Assembly: GCA_043804695.1 (NCBI GenBank)
Contig: JAZDIV010000127.1
Span: 1-54,223, forward strand
Direction of reading: 5' to 3'
From: PVC group bacterium
GTDB lineage: Bacteria; Auribacterota; Erginobacteria; Erginobacterales; Erginobacteraceae
Length of the DNA: 54,223 nucleotides
A program made the translations under genes and the position numbers. Of this stretch, positions 43,123-51,237 are shown one piece after another. Position 1 is the stretch's first letter, and every line of letters starts with the position of its first letter. The notes beneath the pieces are model-generated. The model ran no database searches and was not told the DNA's origin. It was given only the letters and a program-made list of their open reading frames with translations.

Positions 43123-45012
43123 ATTTTTCAATTTCGCGCTCATCCAGACCGCGTAGACGGCGAAGGAGATAAAGAAACCGCTGAACCAGGCATAGAGATA
43201 GAAGGTCTTGAAAAACTGGGGAACAATATGAGCAAACGTCTGCGGGGCGATTTCGGCCATGAAACCCGGGATATTGGGAAGTACTCCCAGAATGAAGGAT
43301 ATGATCCCGACCCAGTTGAAGCCGCCGGAAAACGTATACGGGCCGTCTTCTTCATACAGGCCGGCCAGGTTGAGCCGTCGGCGGCGGACGACGTAGAAGT
43401 CGGCGATCATCACTCCGGCCACGCCGCCCATCAGCGCCGAGTAACCGATCAGCCAGGTAAAGATAAATTTCCCGGCCGTCGACAGCAGTTTCCAGGGCAT
43501 CATCACGATCCCGATGACGCCGGTGATCAATCCTCCCATCCGGAAGGATATCTTGTGGGGCGCAATATTGGAGAAACCGTTTGCCGGGGCCACCACGTTG
43601 GCTGCTATGTTGGTGGTCAGGGTGGCAACGGCGAGAACCGCCATCGAGAGCACGACCATCCAGGGAATCTTGAAATGGGCAAGTAATGCCACCGGATCCC
43701 AGGGGGCATCTTCCTGGGCCAGAATAGTGGGAAAAGCGATCAGGGCGGCACAGGTAGCGACCACGCCCACGAAAGCGTACAGGGTCATCGTGGTGGGGAG
43801 ACCGATTGCCTGGCCAATGATCTGATCCTTCTGGGATTTGGCAAAGCGGGTGAAATCGGGGATGTTCAGGGAGAGGGTAGCCCAATAACCGACCATGGCG
43901 GTGAGCGCGGGGAAGAAAGCAATAAAGAGCCACGGCCCCGCGGGTCCTCTCTCCTCCCGTTGGGCTGATGCGAGCACAATGGTGGTGGCTTCCGGGTCTT
44001 TGATGCTTCCCAGTTGCGCGCCGACGGTGATCTCCGAGGCATCCTCCCTCCAGTCAACACTGAATTCAGGCCTGAACGGTTCCCACTCCTTATCGGCCAG
44101 GGCATGCGCGACGGTGGATTTTGCTTCCTGTCCCGGGAGAACAACAACTTTCATTCTTTCAACCCGATATACACCGTCTTTTCCCCGCAACGGATCAAGT
44201 ATGACTTTCAAGGAAGTCTCTTCCCTGGTCAGGGTTAGGGTCGGCTGGAGAAAGAGTTTCGAGTTTTTCAACACCGAGGCCAGACCGCCGCCCGTATGAA
44301 TCGCCCAGACGAAGAGCGCGACCCCTACCAGGATCAGGGCCGGGGCGGACAGGGACTCGAACCACTTGATCGACTCCACGCCCCGGAGGACAATAATCAT
44401 GTGGAGAGCCCAGAAAAAGAGGAAGCAGAGCAATTGACCCCCGTTAATCCCGATAAAAGTTGACGTGAGCCCGGGCCATAAATTATCGAGATTGGGGAGA
44501 AAGATCAAAGCGAGAGTGTAGATGGCGAAACCGCCGATCCAGGTCTGGATTCCGAACCACCCGCAGGCCACCAGCCCCCGGAGGATGGAAGGGATCTGGG
44601 CCCCCCGGGTGCCGAAAGAAGAACGGATTAGAACCGGAAACGGGATCCCGTATTTGGTGCCGGGGATGGCGTTCAGGCAGAGCGGGATCAGAACGATGGC
44701 GTTTCCGAGCAGTATGGCCCAGATAGCCTGAACCCAGTTCAGCCCCGTCTTCATCAGGCTGGCCGCCAGCATGTAGGTGGGGATGCAGACGCTGATCCCC
44801 ACCCACAGGGAGGCGATGTTCCAGGTGTTCCAGGTCCGATCCCGGACCGGGACCGGAAGGTTGTCCTCGTTGGCCAGGGGGGACGACGAGACATCGACGG
44901 TCAGTTCGTACATCCCGTGAATCACCCGCTCGGTGCCGCTTTCTTGAAGACCGGATTTCGTTTCCGGCGATGGGGAATGGCCGTTTTGTTCGGTCATATC
45001 TGCTCCCTCCAT
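43111..45012 (-). CDS. NCS1-family nucleobase/hydantoin/allantoin-type cation symporter with a ~100-aa loop insertion
   Basis: 12-TM NCS1 pattern (WNIASLWVGISVCIPTY; GYWATLSLNIPDFTRFAKS). The soluble insert between these regions is encoded at about 43939-44265. Confidence 0.8.
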   Translation of the reverse strand: MEGADMTEQNGHSPSPETKSGLQESGTERVIHGMYELTVDVSSSPLANEDNLPVPVRDRTWNTWNIASLWVGISVCIPTYMLAASLMKTGLNWVQAIWAILLGNAIVLIPLCLNAIPGTKYGIPFPVLIRSSFGTRGAQIPSILRGLVACGWFGIQTWIGGFAIYTLALIFLPNLDNLWPGLTSTFIGINGGQLLCFLFFWALHMIIVLRGVESIKWFESLSAPALILVGVALFVWAIHTGGGLASVLKNSKLFLQPTLTLTREETSLKVILDPLRGKDGVYRVERMKVVVLPGQEAKSTVAHALADKEWEPFRPEFSVDWREDASEITVGAQLGSIKDPEATTIVLASAQREERGPAGPWLFIAFFPALTAMVGYWATLSLNIPDFTRFAKSQKDQIIGQAIGLPTTMTLYAFVGVVATCAALIAFPTILAQEDAPWDPVALLAHFKIPWMVVLSMAVLAVATLTTNIAANVVAPANGFSNIAPHKISFRMGGLITGVIGIVMMPWKLLSTAGKFIFTWLIGYSALMGGVAGVMIADFYVVRRRRLNLAGLYEEDGPYTFSGGFNWVGIISFILGVLPNIPGFMAEIAPQTFAHIVPQFFKTFYLYAWFSGFFISFAVYAVWMSAKLKNKAK

Positions 45013-45141
45013 ATTTAAAAGAGAAGAAGGTCAGGATCATTGCATACTCCAGATGTAAAGTCAACAAAGCGCCCCCATTACGACTTGTTTCCCCCCTGGA
45101 AAAATTGCATTCGCATTGACAAGCAGGGAAATAACTTATAT

Positions 45142-45175
45142 CTTATTTTTCCTCCGGAAAAACAAGAATGCATGC
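45142..45175. repeat. Family G hairpin (CTTATTTTTCCTCCGGAAAAACAAGAATGCATGC)
   Basis: Matches 14145-14180 and 30909-30944. Confidence 0.75.
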
Positions 45176-45285
45176 CTCAAGCTCAAGCTGATAAAAGAGT
45201 CATCTCCCAGAACGTAAATATCGGTTAATATTCATACGGCTTTCTTATGGTGTTGCCTCGATGATAATATTATAATCAGCCAACA

Positions 45286-45345
45286 GACCCCGATTGAATC
45301 AATCGGGGTCCATTATAAATTTGCGAGCGAAGCGAGCTAATTTAT
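45286..45345. repeat. GACCCCGAT hairpin plus family C module upstream of the DUF1116 gene
   Basis: gaccccgattgaatcaatcggggtc, then cattataaatttgcgagcgaagcgagctaatttat, followed by AAGGAGG and ATG 45356. Confidence 0.75.
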
Positions 45346-45355
45346 AAGGAGGTGC

Positions 45356-46609
45356 ATGATGGTAGATATTGCCCAGGCAAATGAACAGGCTCTGAAAAAG
45401 CTGCTGGAGGCGCGCCCCTTCTGGGTCGACATCCAGCCGGCGAGCGAGTGCGTGCCCGGGATGAAGAAGAACCTCATCCTCCACGCCGGCCCTCCCGTCA
45501 CCTGGGACCGGATGTGCGGCCCGCAGCGAGGCGCAACGATCGGCGCCCTGATCTACGAGGGGATGGCGAAGACCCCCGAGGAAGCGGAAGAACTGGCCGC
45601 CTCCGGCGAGATCGAGTTCGATCCCTGCCACCACCACGACACGGTCGGCCCGATGGCCGGGATCGTCTGCCCCTCAATGCCGATGATCGTAACCGAGGAC
45701 GAGGTCACCGGCAATCGGGCATATCAAAGCCTGAATGAAGGCATCGGCAAGGTCCTCCGCATGGGTGCCTACGATGACGACGTCATCAAACGGCTGAAAT
45801 GGATGGAAAGAGTGCTGGGGCCGGTCCTCCGGAAAGCGATCCGCCAGGCCGGAAAAATCGACCTCAAGAACATCATGGCCCAGGCGATCCAGATGGGCGA
45901 CGAACTCCACAACCGGACCCGGGCCGCCTCCTACATCCTCTTCACCAAGATGGCCCCCTACATCCTGGAGACTCTGGACCAGAAGGACCTGCACGACACC
46001 ATCGAGGCGCTCAAGTTCCAGGAAGCGAATATCCACAATTTCCTGGGCTTTGCCATGACCAGCGCCAAGGTCAGCCTGATGGCGGCGGAGAATATCGAGG
46101 GCAGCACCATGGTCACGGTGATGGCCCGCAACGGCACCGACTGGGGTATCCAGGTCAGCGGACTCGGCAAGCAATGGTTTACCTGCGAATCGCCGGTGCC
46201 GGAGGTGCTGCTCTTTCCCGGATTCACCAAAAAAGATGTCGGCCGGGATATCGGAGACAGTGCCATCATGGAAACCTACGGGATCGGAGGATGCGCCATC
46301 GCCGCGGCACCGGCCATCGTACTCTTTGTCGGCGGCACCTACGATCTGGCGGTCTCGAAGACCATGGACATGTACGAGATCACTCTCGGCGAGAACAACG
46401 TTTTCCAGATCCCTTCCCTCAACTTCCGGGGGACCCCGACCGGGATCGACATCGTCAAGGTGGTGAAGAAAAACCTGCCGCCGTTCATCGACACCGGCGT
46501 CGCCCACAAGGACGCGGGGATCGGCCAGGTCGGCGCGGGACTGTGCGACGCCCCGATGGATGTCTTCAAAAAGGCCGTTGTGGCGTTCTCCCAAAAATAT
46601 GCTAAATAA
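45356..46609 (+). CDS. DUF1116 (YlbE-like) protein
   Basis: The N-terminus AQANEQALKKLLEARPFWVDIQPASECVPGM..LILHAGPP matches my memory of E. coli YlbE. 417 aa. Confidence 0.75.
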   Translation: MMVDIAQANEQALKKLLEARPFWVDIQPASECVPGMKKNLILHAGPPVTWDRMCGPQRGATIGALIYEGMAKTPEEAEELAASGEIEFDPCHHHDTVGPMAGIVCPSMPMIVTEDEVTGNRAYQSLNEGIGKVLRMGAYDDDVIKRLKWMERVLGPVLRKAIRQAGKIDLKNIMAQAIQMGDELHNRTRAASYILFTKMAPYILETLDQKDLHDTIEALKFQEANIHNFLGFAMTSAKVSLMAAENIEGSTMVTVMARNGTDWGIQVSGLGKQWFTCESPVPEVLLFPGFTKKDVGRDIGDSAIMETYGIGGCAIAAAPAIVLFVGGTYDLAVSKTMDMYEITLGENNVFQIPSLNFRGTPTGIDIVKVVKKNLPPFIDTGVAHKDAGIGQVGAGLCDAPMDVFKKAVVAFSQKYAK

Positions 46610-46614
46610 ATGTA

Positions 46615-46877
46615 ACCACCAAGACACTACAGACTGATAACCACCAAGACACTAAGACACCAAGAGAGAAGAAGGATAAAATAACCTGTTTCGGAGAGGG
46701 GAGGAGATCAGATTATCCGAGAATCAGTTAGAAGGTTATCAGGATAACAGGCAACCAGGACCCTGGTGCAGGCCCCCTGATCTCCCGGTTTCCTGATTCT
46801 CTGCTCACTGATATCCTGATTTCCTGATACGCATTTCTTCTTCGTGTCTTAGTGGTTATTCGAACGTGTCTTGGTGG
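46615..46877. repeat. CCACCAAG-arm element (doubled arms) with nested family F inverted repeat (46706-46830)
   Basis: Left arm accaccaagacactacagactgataaccaccaagacactaagacaccaag. Right arm cttcttcgtgtcttagtggttattcgaacgtgtcttggtgg. Confidence 0.8.
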
Positions 46878-46893
46878 TAACAAAAGGAGGAAA

Positions 46894-48561
46894 ATGATGA
46901 GCAAGGGTATGATTGAGTTTTTGAGCAAAGCGAAGTGGTACGACCTGACCCAGGCGCTGAGCATCTTCACGCCGCCCTGGCCGGGCGAGATGCCGCTCCA
47001 GATCCAGTTCTTTAAAAGGCTGACCGGCTCGTTCATCGGCGGCGCCGGCGCCAACGGCCAGCTGATCGAGTGGTCCAACAACACCGGGACCCACCTGGTC
47101 GGCCCCACCGCCTTCCATTCCGGAATGCGCTCGATCGCCGACATCCCGCTGGAGGACATCTGCGGCGAAGGGGTGGTGGCCGATATCTCCGACGAGGTCT
47201 CCGACTACAGCCTCTACACCCCGGAGATGATCGAGAAGCGGGTCAAGGTCAAGGAAGGGGACATCCTGATCATCAATACCGGCTACCACAAGTTCGGCTA
47301 CGATCAGCCGGACGTCAAGAACCCGAAGGCCCAGGGCGGGATCGAAAATAAGGAGTTCGGCTACCTGGTCCGCCACCCGGGGCCGGGGCCGGGGTTCTTC
47401 GAGTGGGCCCTGAAAAAAAAGATCAGGGTAATCGGCGTTGATTGCGGCTGCGCCGAGCACCCAATGAACACCAACATCCGCTACATGCACGAGCGCGAGT
47501 TCGCCAAGGCGGAAGCGAAACTGAAAAAAAACCACGGCAAAACCTGGGATGAAGTCTTCCCACCCGATAAGTACTACAAGCTGACCCACCAGACCATGCC
47601 CAAGGCGGGGCTCCTGCTGGCGGAGTCGCTGGGCGGCCAGATCGGCAAGCTGAGCAACCAGCGGGCCTGGATCATGATCCACCCGATCCCCTTCTGCGAG
47701 GTCGAGTCGGCCTGGGCCCGGGTGGTGGCCCTGCAACCGCCCAAGGGGATGAGCGCGCAAGCCTTCTTCGCCCGGATGAAGAGGGAGAAGATGTACGACA
47801 TGTCGATCCCCTTCTCCGTCCAGACGCCCCAGTGGGCGAACTATGTCCCCCTGATCGTCCACTACACCAAGCGGGTCGGCGGCCAGTACTTCGGCCTGGG
47901 GCGCAATAACGCCCACTGCAAGGCCAGCTTCCACCTGAGCTGCCACATGGACGGCGAGAAGCATTTTTCCATGGGCGGCCGCACGATCGGCCAGACGCCG
48001 ATGGACTTCTGGGTCGGCCCCGGGGCGATCGCCGACATCTCCGGCATGGTCAGCGACACCAGCGTCTACACGCCGGCGATGGTCGAGGAGGTCGTCGATG
48101 TGAAGAAAGGCGACATCCTGATCATCAAGACCGGCTACTACAAGTACGGCTGGTGCAGCCCGGATTCCGACGAGTTCCGCTACATGATCCGGCACCCGGG
48201 GCCGGCGCCGGACTTCGCCGACTGGTGCATCAAGAAGCAGATCAAGTGGCTGGGCATTGACTGCGTGGCGATGGAACACCCGATGAACACCATCCAGCGG
48301 AACTGGCACCCCAAGACCTTCGCCGAGGCCGACCGGAAACTGCAGGAAAAATTCGGGAAGTCCTGGGACGAGATGTACCCGCTGGACAAGTTTTACCAGG
48401 ATATGCACCTGAACCTCTTTCCCAAGGGGATCATCCACGCCGAGAACCTGGGCAAGGACCTGGGGGAGATAAAGAGCGGCCGCTACTTCATCGGCTGCTT
48501 CATCCAGAAGGGGATGGAGCTCGCCTCCTGCTGGGCCCGCTTCGTCGCCTGGAAGGAGTAA
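46894..48561 (+). CDS. Tandem-duplicated cyclase-fold (kynurenine-formamidase/isatin-hydrolase-like) protein
   Basis: AAGGAGG SD before ATG 46894. The two halves are clearly paralogous (GDILIINTGYHKFGY / GDILIIKTGYYKYGW; RHPGPGPGF / RHPGPAPDF; AEHPMNT / MEHPMNT). Confidence 0.75.
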   Translation: MMSKGMIEFLSKAKWYDLTQALSIFTPPWPGEMPLQIQFFKRLTGSFIGGAGANGQLIEWSNNTGTHLVGPTAFHSGMRSIADIPLEDICGEGVVADISDEVSDYSLYTPEMIEKRVKVKEGDILIINTGYHKFGYDQPDVKNPKAQGGIENKEFGYLVRHPGPGPGFFEWALKKKIRVIGVDCGCAEHPMNTNIRYMHEREFAKAEAKLKKNHGKTWDEVFPPDKYYKLTHQTMPKAGLLLAESLGGQIGKLSNQRAWIMIHPIPFCEVESAWARVVALQPPKGMSAQAFFARMKREKMYDMSIPFSVQTPQWANYVPLIVHYTKRVGGQYFGLGRNNAHCKASFHLSCHMDGEKHFSMGGRTIGQTPMDFWVGPGAIADISGMVSDTSVYTPAMVEEVVDVKKGDILIIKTGYYKYGWCSPDSDEFRYMIRHPGPAPDFADWCIKKQIKWLGIDCVAMEHPMNTIQRNWHPKTFAEADRKLQEKFGKSWDEMYPLDKFYQDMHLNLFPKGIIHAENLGKDLGEIKSGRYFIGCFIQKGMELASCWARFVAWKE

Positions 48562-48562
48562 C

Positions 48563-48589
48563 CAGTTATCGGTGATCAGTAATCGGTGG
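48563..48589. repeat. Family F repeat (CAGTTATCGGTGATCAGTAATCGGTGG)
   Basis: Related to 3696-3729. Confidence 0.55.
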
Positions 48590-48594
48590 CAGGG

Positions 48595-48633
48595 AAAAGG
48601 GCGCGCCGGGTTTTTCCCGGGGCGCCCTTTTTA
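48595..48633 (+). terminator. Rho-independent terminator after the cyclase gene
   Basis: aagggcgcgccggg-ttttt-cccggggcgccctt followed by ttt. Confidence 0.7.
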
Positions 48634-48808
48634 CTTCTCTCCGACGCTGGGATATCATCCCCGGGCGGAGAAAAATCTAAAGCAAAAAAACAGCCCGAGA
48701 GAAACAGTTGTTGCATGGATTAATTCCATGTGGTAGAAAGAAATTTCCCGATATATGAAGGCATTAATCTTTTAAGGCATTATTCAAAACCACCACAAAC
48801 CAAAGACA

Positions 48809-49060
48809 ATGAATATTCGCTTTCATCCCCACGCTATTGAGCGCATGAAAGAACGCGGAGCGGACGAGAAAGAAGTGATCGGGACTATTCAATCGGGTGA
48901 AAAATTTCCGGCGAAATTCGGAAGAACCGGTTTCCGGCGTAATTTCTCTTTCAATAAGAGCTGGATAGGAAGAGCATATAAAACAAAACAAATTGAAGCT
49001 TTGGCGATAAAAAAAGAGGCCGATTGGTTGGTTATCACTGTGATCACCAAATATTTTTGA
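48809..49060 (+). CDS. DUF4258-domain protein (putative toxin)
   Basis: MNIRFHPHAIERMKERGADEKEV... is typical of DUF4258. AT-rich. 83 aa. Confidence 0.7.
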   Translation: MNIRFHPHAIERMKERGADEKEVIGTIQSGEKFPAKFGRTGFRRNFSFNKSWIGRAYKTKQIEALAIKKEADWLVITVITKYF

Positions 49061-49081
49061 TGATCCGACAAGGAGACTGTC

Positions 49082-49327
49082 ATGAGATTTACATATGATC
49101 CGCGCTACAACATAGCCTATCTCCGATTTCAGGAAAAAATGGCCGGTGTAGAGACGGTGAAGTTAAGCGATGAGCTGTTAGTAGACATGGACCCGGATGG
49201 AAGGATATATGGTATTGAACTACTCAATGCAAACGAGCAGTTAACGCGTGGTGATGAAAATCAACTTCTGGTAATTAACGAAGCCACGGGAGAGGAAACG
49301 GGATTGCCGATCGCGATCGGCGGTTGA
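49082..49327 (+). CDS. DUF2283-domain protein (putative antitoxin)
   Basis: MRFTYDPRYNIAYLRF...DGRIYGIELLNA is typical of DUF2283. Lies 21 nt after the DUF4258 gene. Confidence 0.7.
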   Translation: MRFTYDPRYNIAYLRFQEKMAGVETVKLSDELLVDMDPDGRIYGIELLNANEQLTRGDENQLLVINEATGEETGLPIAIGG

Positions 49328-49366
49328 ATTTTAATTTTTACGAAGCAAAAATATCAGGAGGCAGAT

Positions 49367-50254
49367 ATGGCCATAGCGCTGGAGTTCGACTATTTCAAGC
49401 CCGGGACCCTGGAGGAAGCCGTCGAGCTGAAGGCCAGGTATGGCGGGAAGGCGCGCTTCCTGGCCGGCGGCACCGACCTGGTCAACGACCTGAGCGACGA
49501 GGCGATCGAACCGGAGGCAGTGATCGACCTCAAGGGGATCGAAGAACTGGGACGCCTGGAATTAAAAGGCGACACGCTCTTTATCGGCGCCCTGGTCACC
49601 TTCAGCGATCTGATCGATTCGGACCTGATTAAAAAGCGGTTTCCCCTGCTCTGGGAGGCGGCCGGGGAAGTGGCCTCGGTAGTGATTCGCAACCGCGCCA
49701 CGGTCGCCGGCAACATCTGTTCCTGCGTCCCCTGCATGGACAGCGCCCCCGCCCTGGTGGCTTACGGGGCCTCGGTGTTGATCCGGGGACCCAAGGGCGA
49801 AAAAACCATCCCGGTGACGGAGTTCTTTCTCGGCCCGCGGAAAACAGCCCTGAAAGACAATGAAGTCCTGGTTGGTATTCTCCTGCCGGTTCCCGAAAAG
49901 CACGGCGCCAGCTACCTGAAGCAGAAAAGATACCGGGGCGAGGACCTGGCCCAGTCGGATGTGGGGATATTGGCCCTGGAAGGCAACGACTACCGGATCG
50001 TCTTCGGCTCGGTCGGGCCGGTTCCCATCCGGGCCGAAAAGATCGAGAAAGTTCTGCGGGGCAAAAAGCTTACCGACGAATTGATAGCCGAAGCCAAGAA
50101 ACTGGTCAAAGACGAAATCGCGCCCATTGCCGATATCCGTTCAAGCAAGGAATACCGGCTGATCATGGCCGAGGTCATGCTGGAGAGAGCACTGAAAGCC
50201 GCCGTGGCGCGGCTAAACGGCAAAGGCCCGGCCTACGGAACCAGTTTAATTTAA
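49367..50254 (+). CDS. FAD-binding subunit of a xanthine-dehydrogenase-family molybdoenzyme (CoxM/XdhB-like)
   Basis: FLAGGTDL and RNRATVAGNIC motifs, plus a CO-dehydrogenase flavoprotein C-terminal region (SSKEYRLIMAEVMLERAL). Confidence 0.85.
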   Translation: MAIALEFDYFKPGTLEEAVELKARYGGKARFLAGGTDLVNDLSDEAIEPEAVIDLKGIEELGRLELKGDTLFIGALVTFSDLIDSDLIKKRFPLLWEAAGEVASVVIRNRATVAGNICSCVPCMDSAPALVAYGASVLIRGPKGEKTIPVTEFFLGPRKTALKDNEVLVGILLPVPEKHGASYLKQKRYRGEDLAQSDVGILALEGNDYRIVFGSVGPVPIRAEKIEKVLRGKKLTDELIAEAKKLVKDEIAPIADIRSSKEYRLIMAEVMLERALKAAVARLNGKGPAYGTSLI

Positions 50255-50289
50255 ACCAGGATTAATTTACGGTATTTTAATAGAAATTA

Positions 50290-50380
50290 GCCACCAAGTC
50301 ACAAAGTCACCAAGAAAAAAAGTGAAGTGTTAAATCCCTAACTTATTTTGTTTTTCTTAGTGTCTTGGTGTCTTGGTGGC
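50290..50380. repeat. CCACCAAG-arm element between the FAD and Fe-S subunit genes
   Basis: gccaccaagtcacaaagtcaccaag ... cttagtgtcttggtgtcttggtggc. Confidence 0.85.
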
Positions 50381-50384
50381 AAAA

Positions 50385-50412
50385 ATAGCTAGCGGAGCGA
50401 GTTAAGTTCTGA
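50385..50412. repeat. Family C module (ATAGCTAGCGGAGCGAGTTAAGTTCTGA)
   Basis: Degenerate copy of the GCGAGCGAAGCGAGCTAAGTT core, followed by AGGAGG and ATG 50429. Confidence 0.55.
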
Positions 50413-50428
50413 AATTTCAGGAGGCACG

Positions 50429-50887
50429 ATGAAAAAAACCATTACTGTAACGCTGAACGGCGAAACCCGCACCGTCGACGTTGAGCCGAACGATATCCTG
50501 CTCAACGTGCTGCGGGATAAACTGGGCGTGAAGAGCCCCAAGTACGGCTGCGGGCGCGGGGACTGCGGGACCTGCACGGTACTTCTGAACGGCGATCCGG
50601 TCAGAAGCTGCATCATGCTGGCCATCGAGGTTGACGGCCGGGAGATCACGACCGTGGAAGGGATCATGGACGACGGGCTCACCCCTCTTCAGGAAGCCTT
50701 TCTCGAAAATAATTCGTTCCAGTGCGGTTACTGCGCCCCCGGGATGACCCTGGCCGCGACCGCCCTGTTGAAAAAGAACCCTCATCCCACCCGGGAAGAA
50801 GTACAGGAAGCGATCTCGGGCAATCTCTGCCGCTGCACCGGTTATACCGCCATCATCGACGCCATCCTGGAAGTCGCTAAAAAATAG
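50429..50887 (+). CDS. [2Fe-2S] subunit of the xanthine-dehydrogenase-family enzyme (CoxS-like)
   Basis: CGRGDCGTCTV and QCGYCAPGM ... CRCTGY cluster motifs. Confidence 0.9.
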   Translation: MKKTITVTLNGETRTVDVEPNDILLNVLRDKLGVKSPKYGCGRGDCGTCTVLLNGDPVRSCIMLAIEVDGREITTVEGIMDDGLTPLQEAFLENNSFQCGYCAPGMTLAATALLKKNPHPTREEVQEAISGNLCRCTGYTAIIDAILEVAKK

Positions 50888-50907
50888 CTCATTTCACTCG
50901 ATATTTT

Positions 50908-51196
50908 GCCACCAAGGCACCAAGACACCAAGGGGAGGATAAAGGAGCGCTTCGCGCTAATTGACAATAGCTATATCCTAAAGATTTTACCAAAGGTTAT
51001 CTGAGTCAACCCCGTTGTCATTGCGGGCGAAGCAATCTCATCATTCTTATCTGTCATTACGAGGAGCGCAGCGACGAAGCAATCTCAATTATTCGAGCAA
51101 CAAAATATCCTGATTACCATTGGAGATTACGCTGCCCCCACGGGGCTAACGATGCCTACATATATTATTTACTTGGTGCCTTAGTGCCTTGGTGGC
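50908..51196. repeat. CCACCAAG-arm element with nested GTCATTGCG-type elements, between the Fe-S and Mo subunit genes
   Basis: Arms gccaccaaggcaccaagacaccaag and cttggtgccttagtgccttggtggc. Inner gtcattgcgggcgaagcaatc (51017) and gtcattacgaggagcgcagcgacgaagcaatc (51053). Confidence 0.85.
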
Positions 51197-51237
51197 TAAC
51201 AAATAACTAAAATTTAGATACCGGTAGGGAGAATAAT

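Noticed and set aside
45013-45355. Purine or other riboswitch in the divergent NCS1/DUF1116 intergenic region
   Set aside because: I could not find the conserved purine-riboswitch loops or junction sequence. The region is explained by family G and family C repeats.
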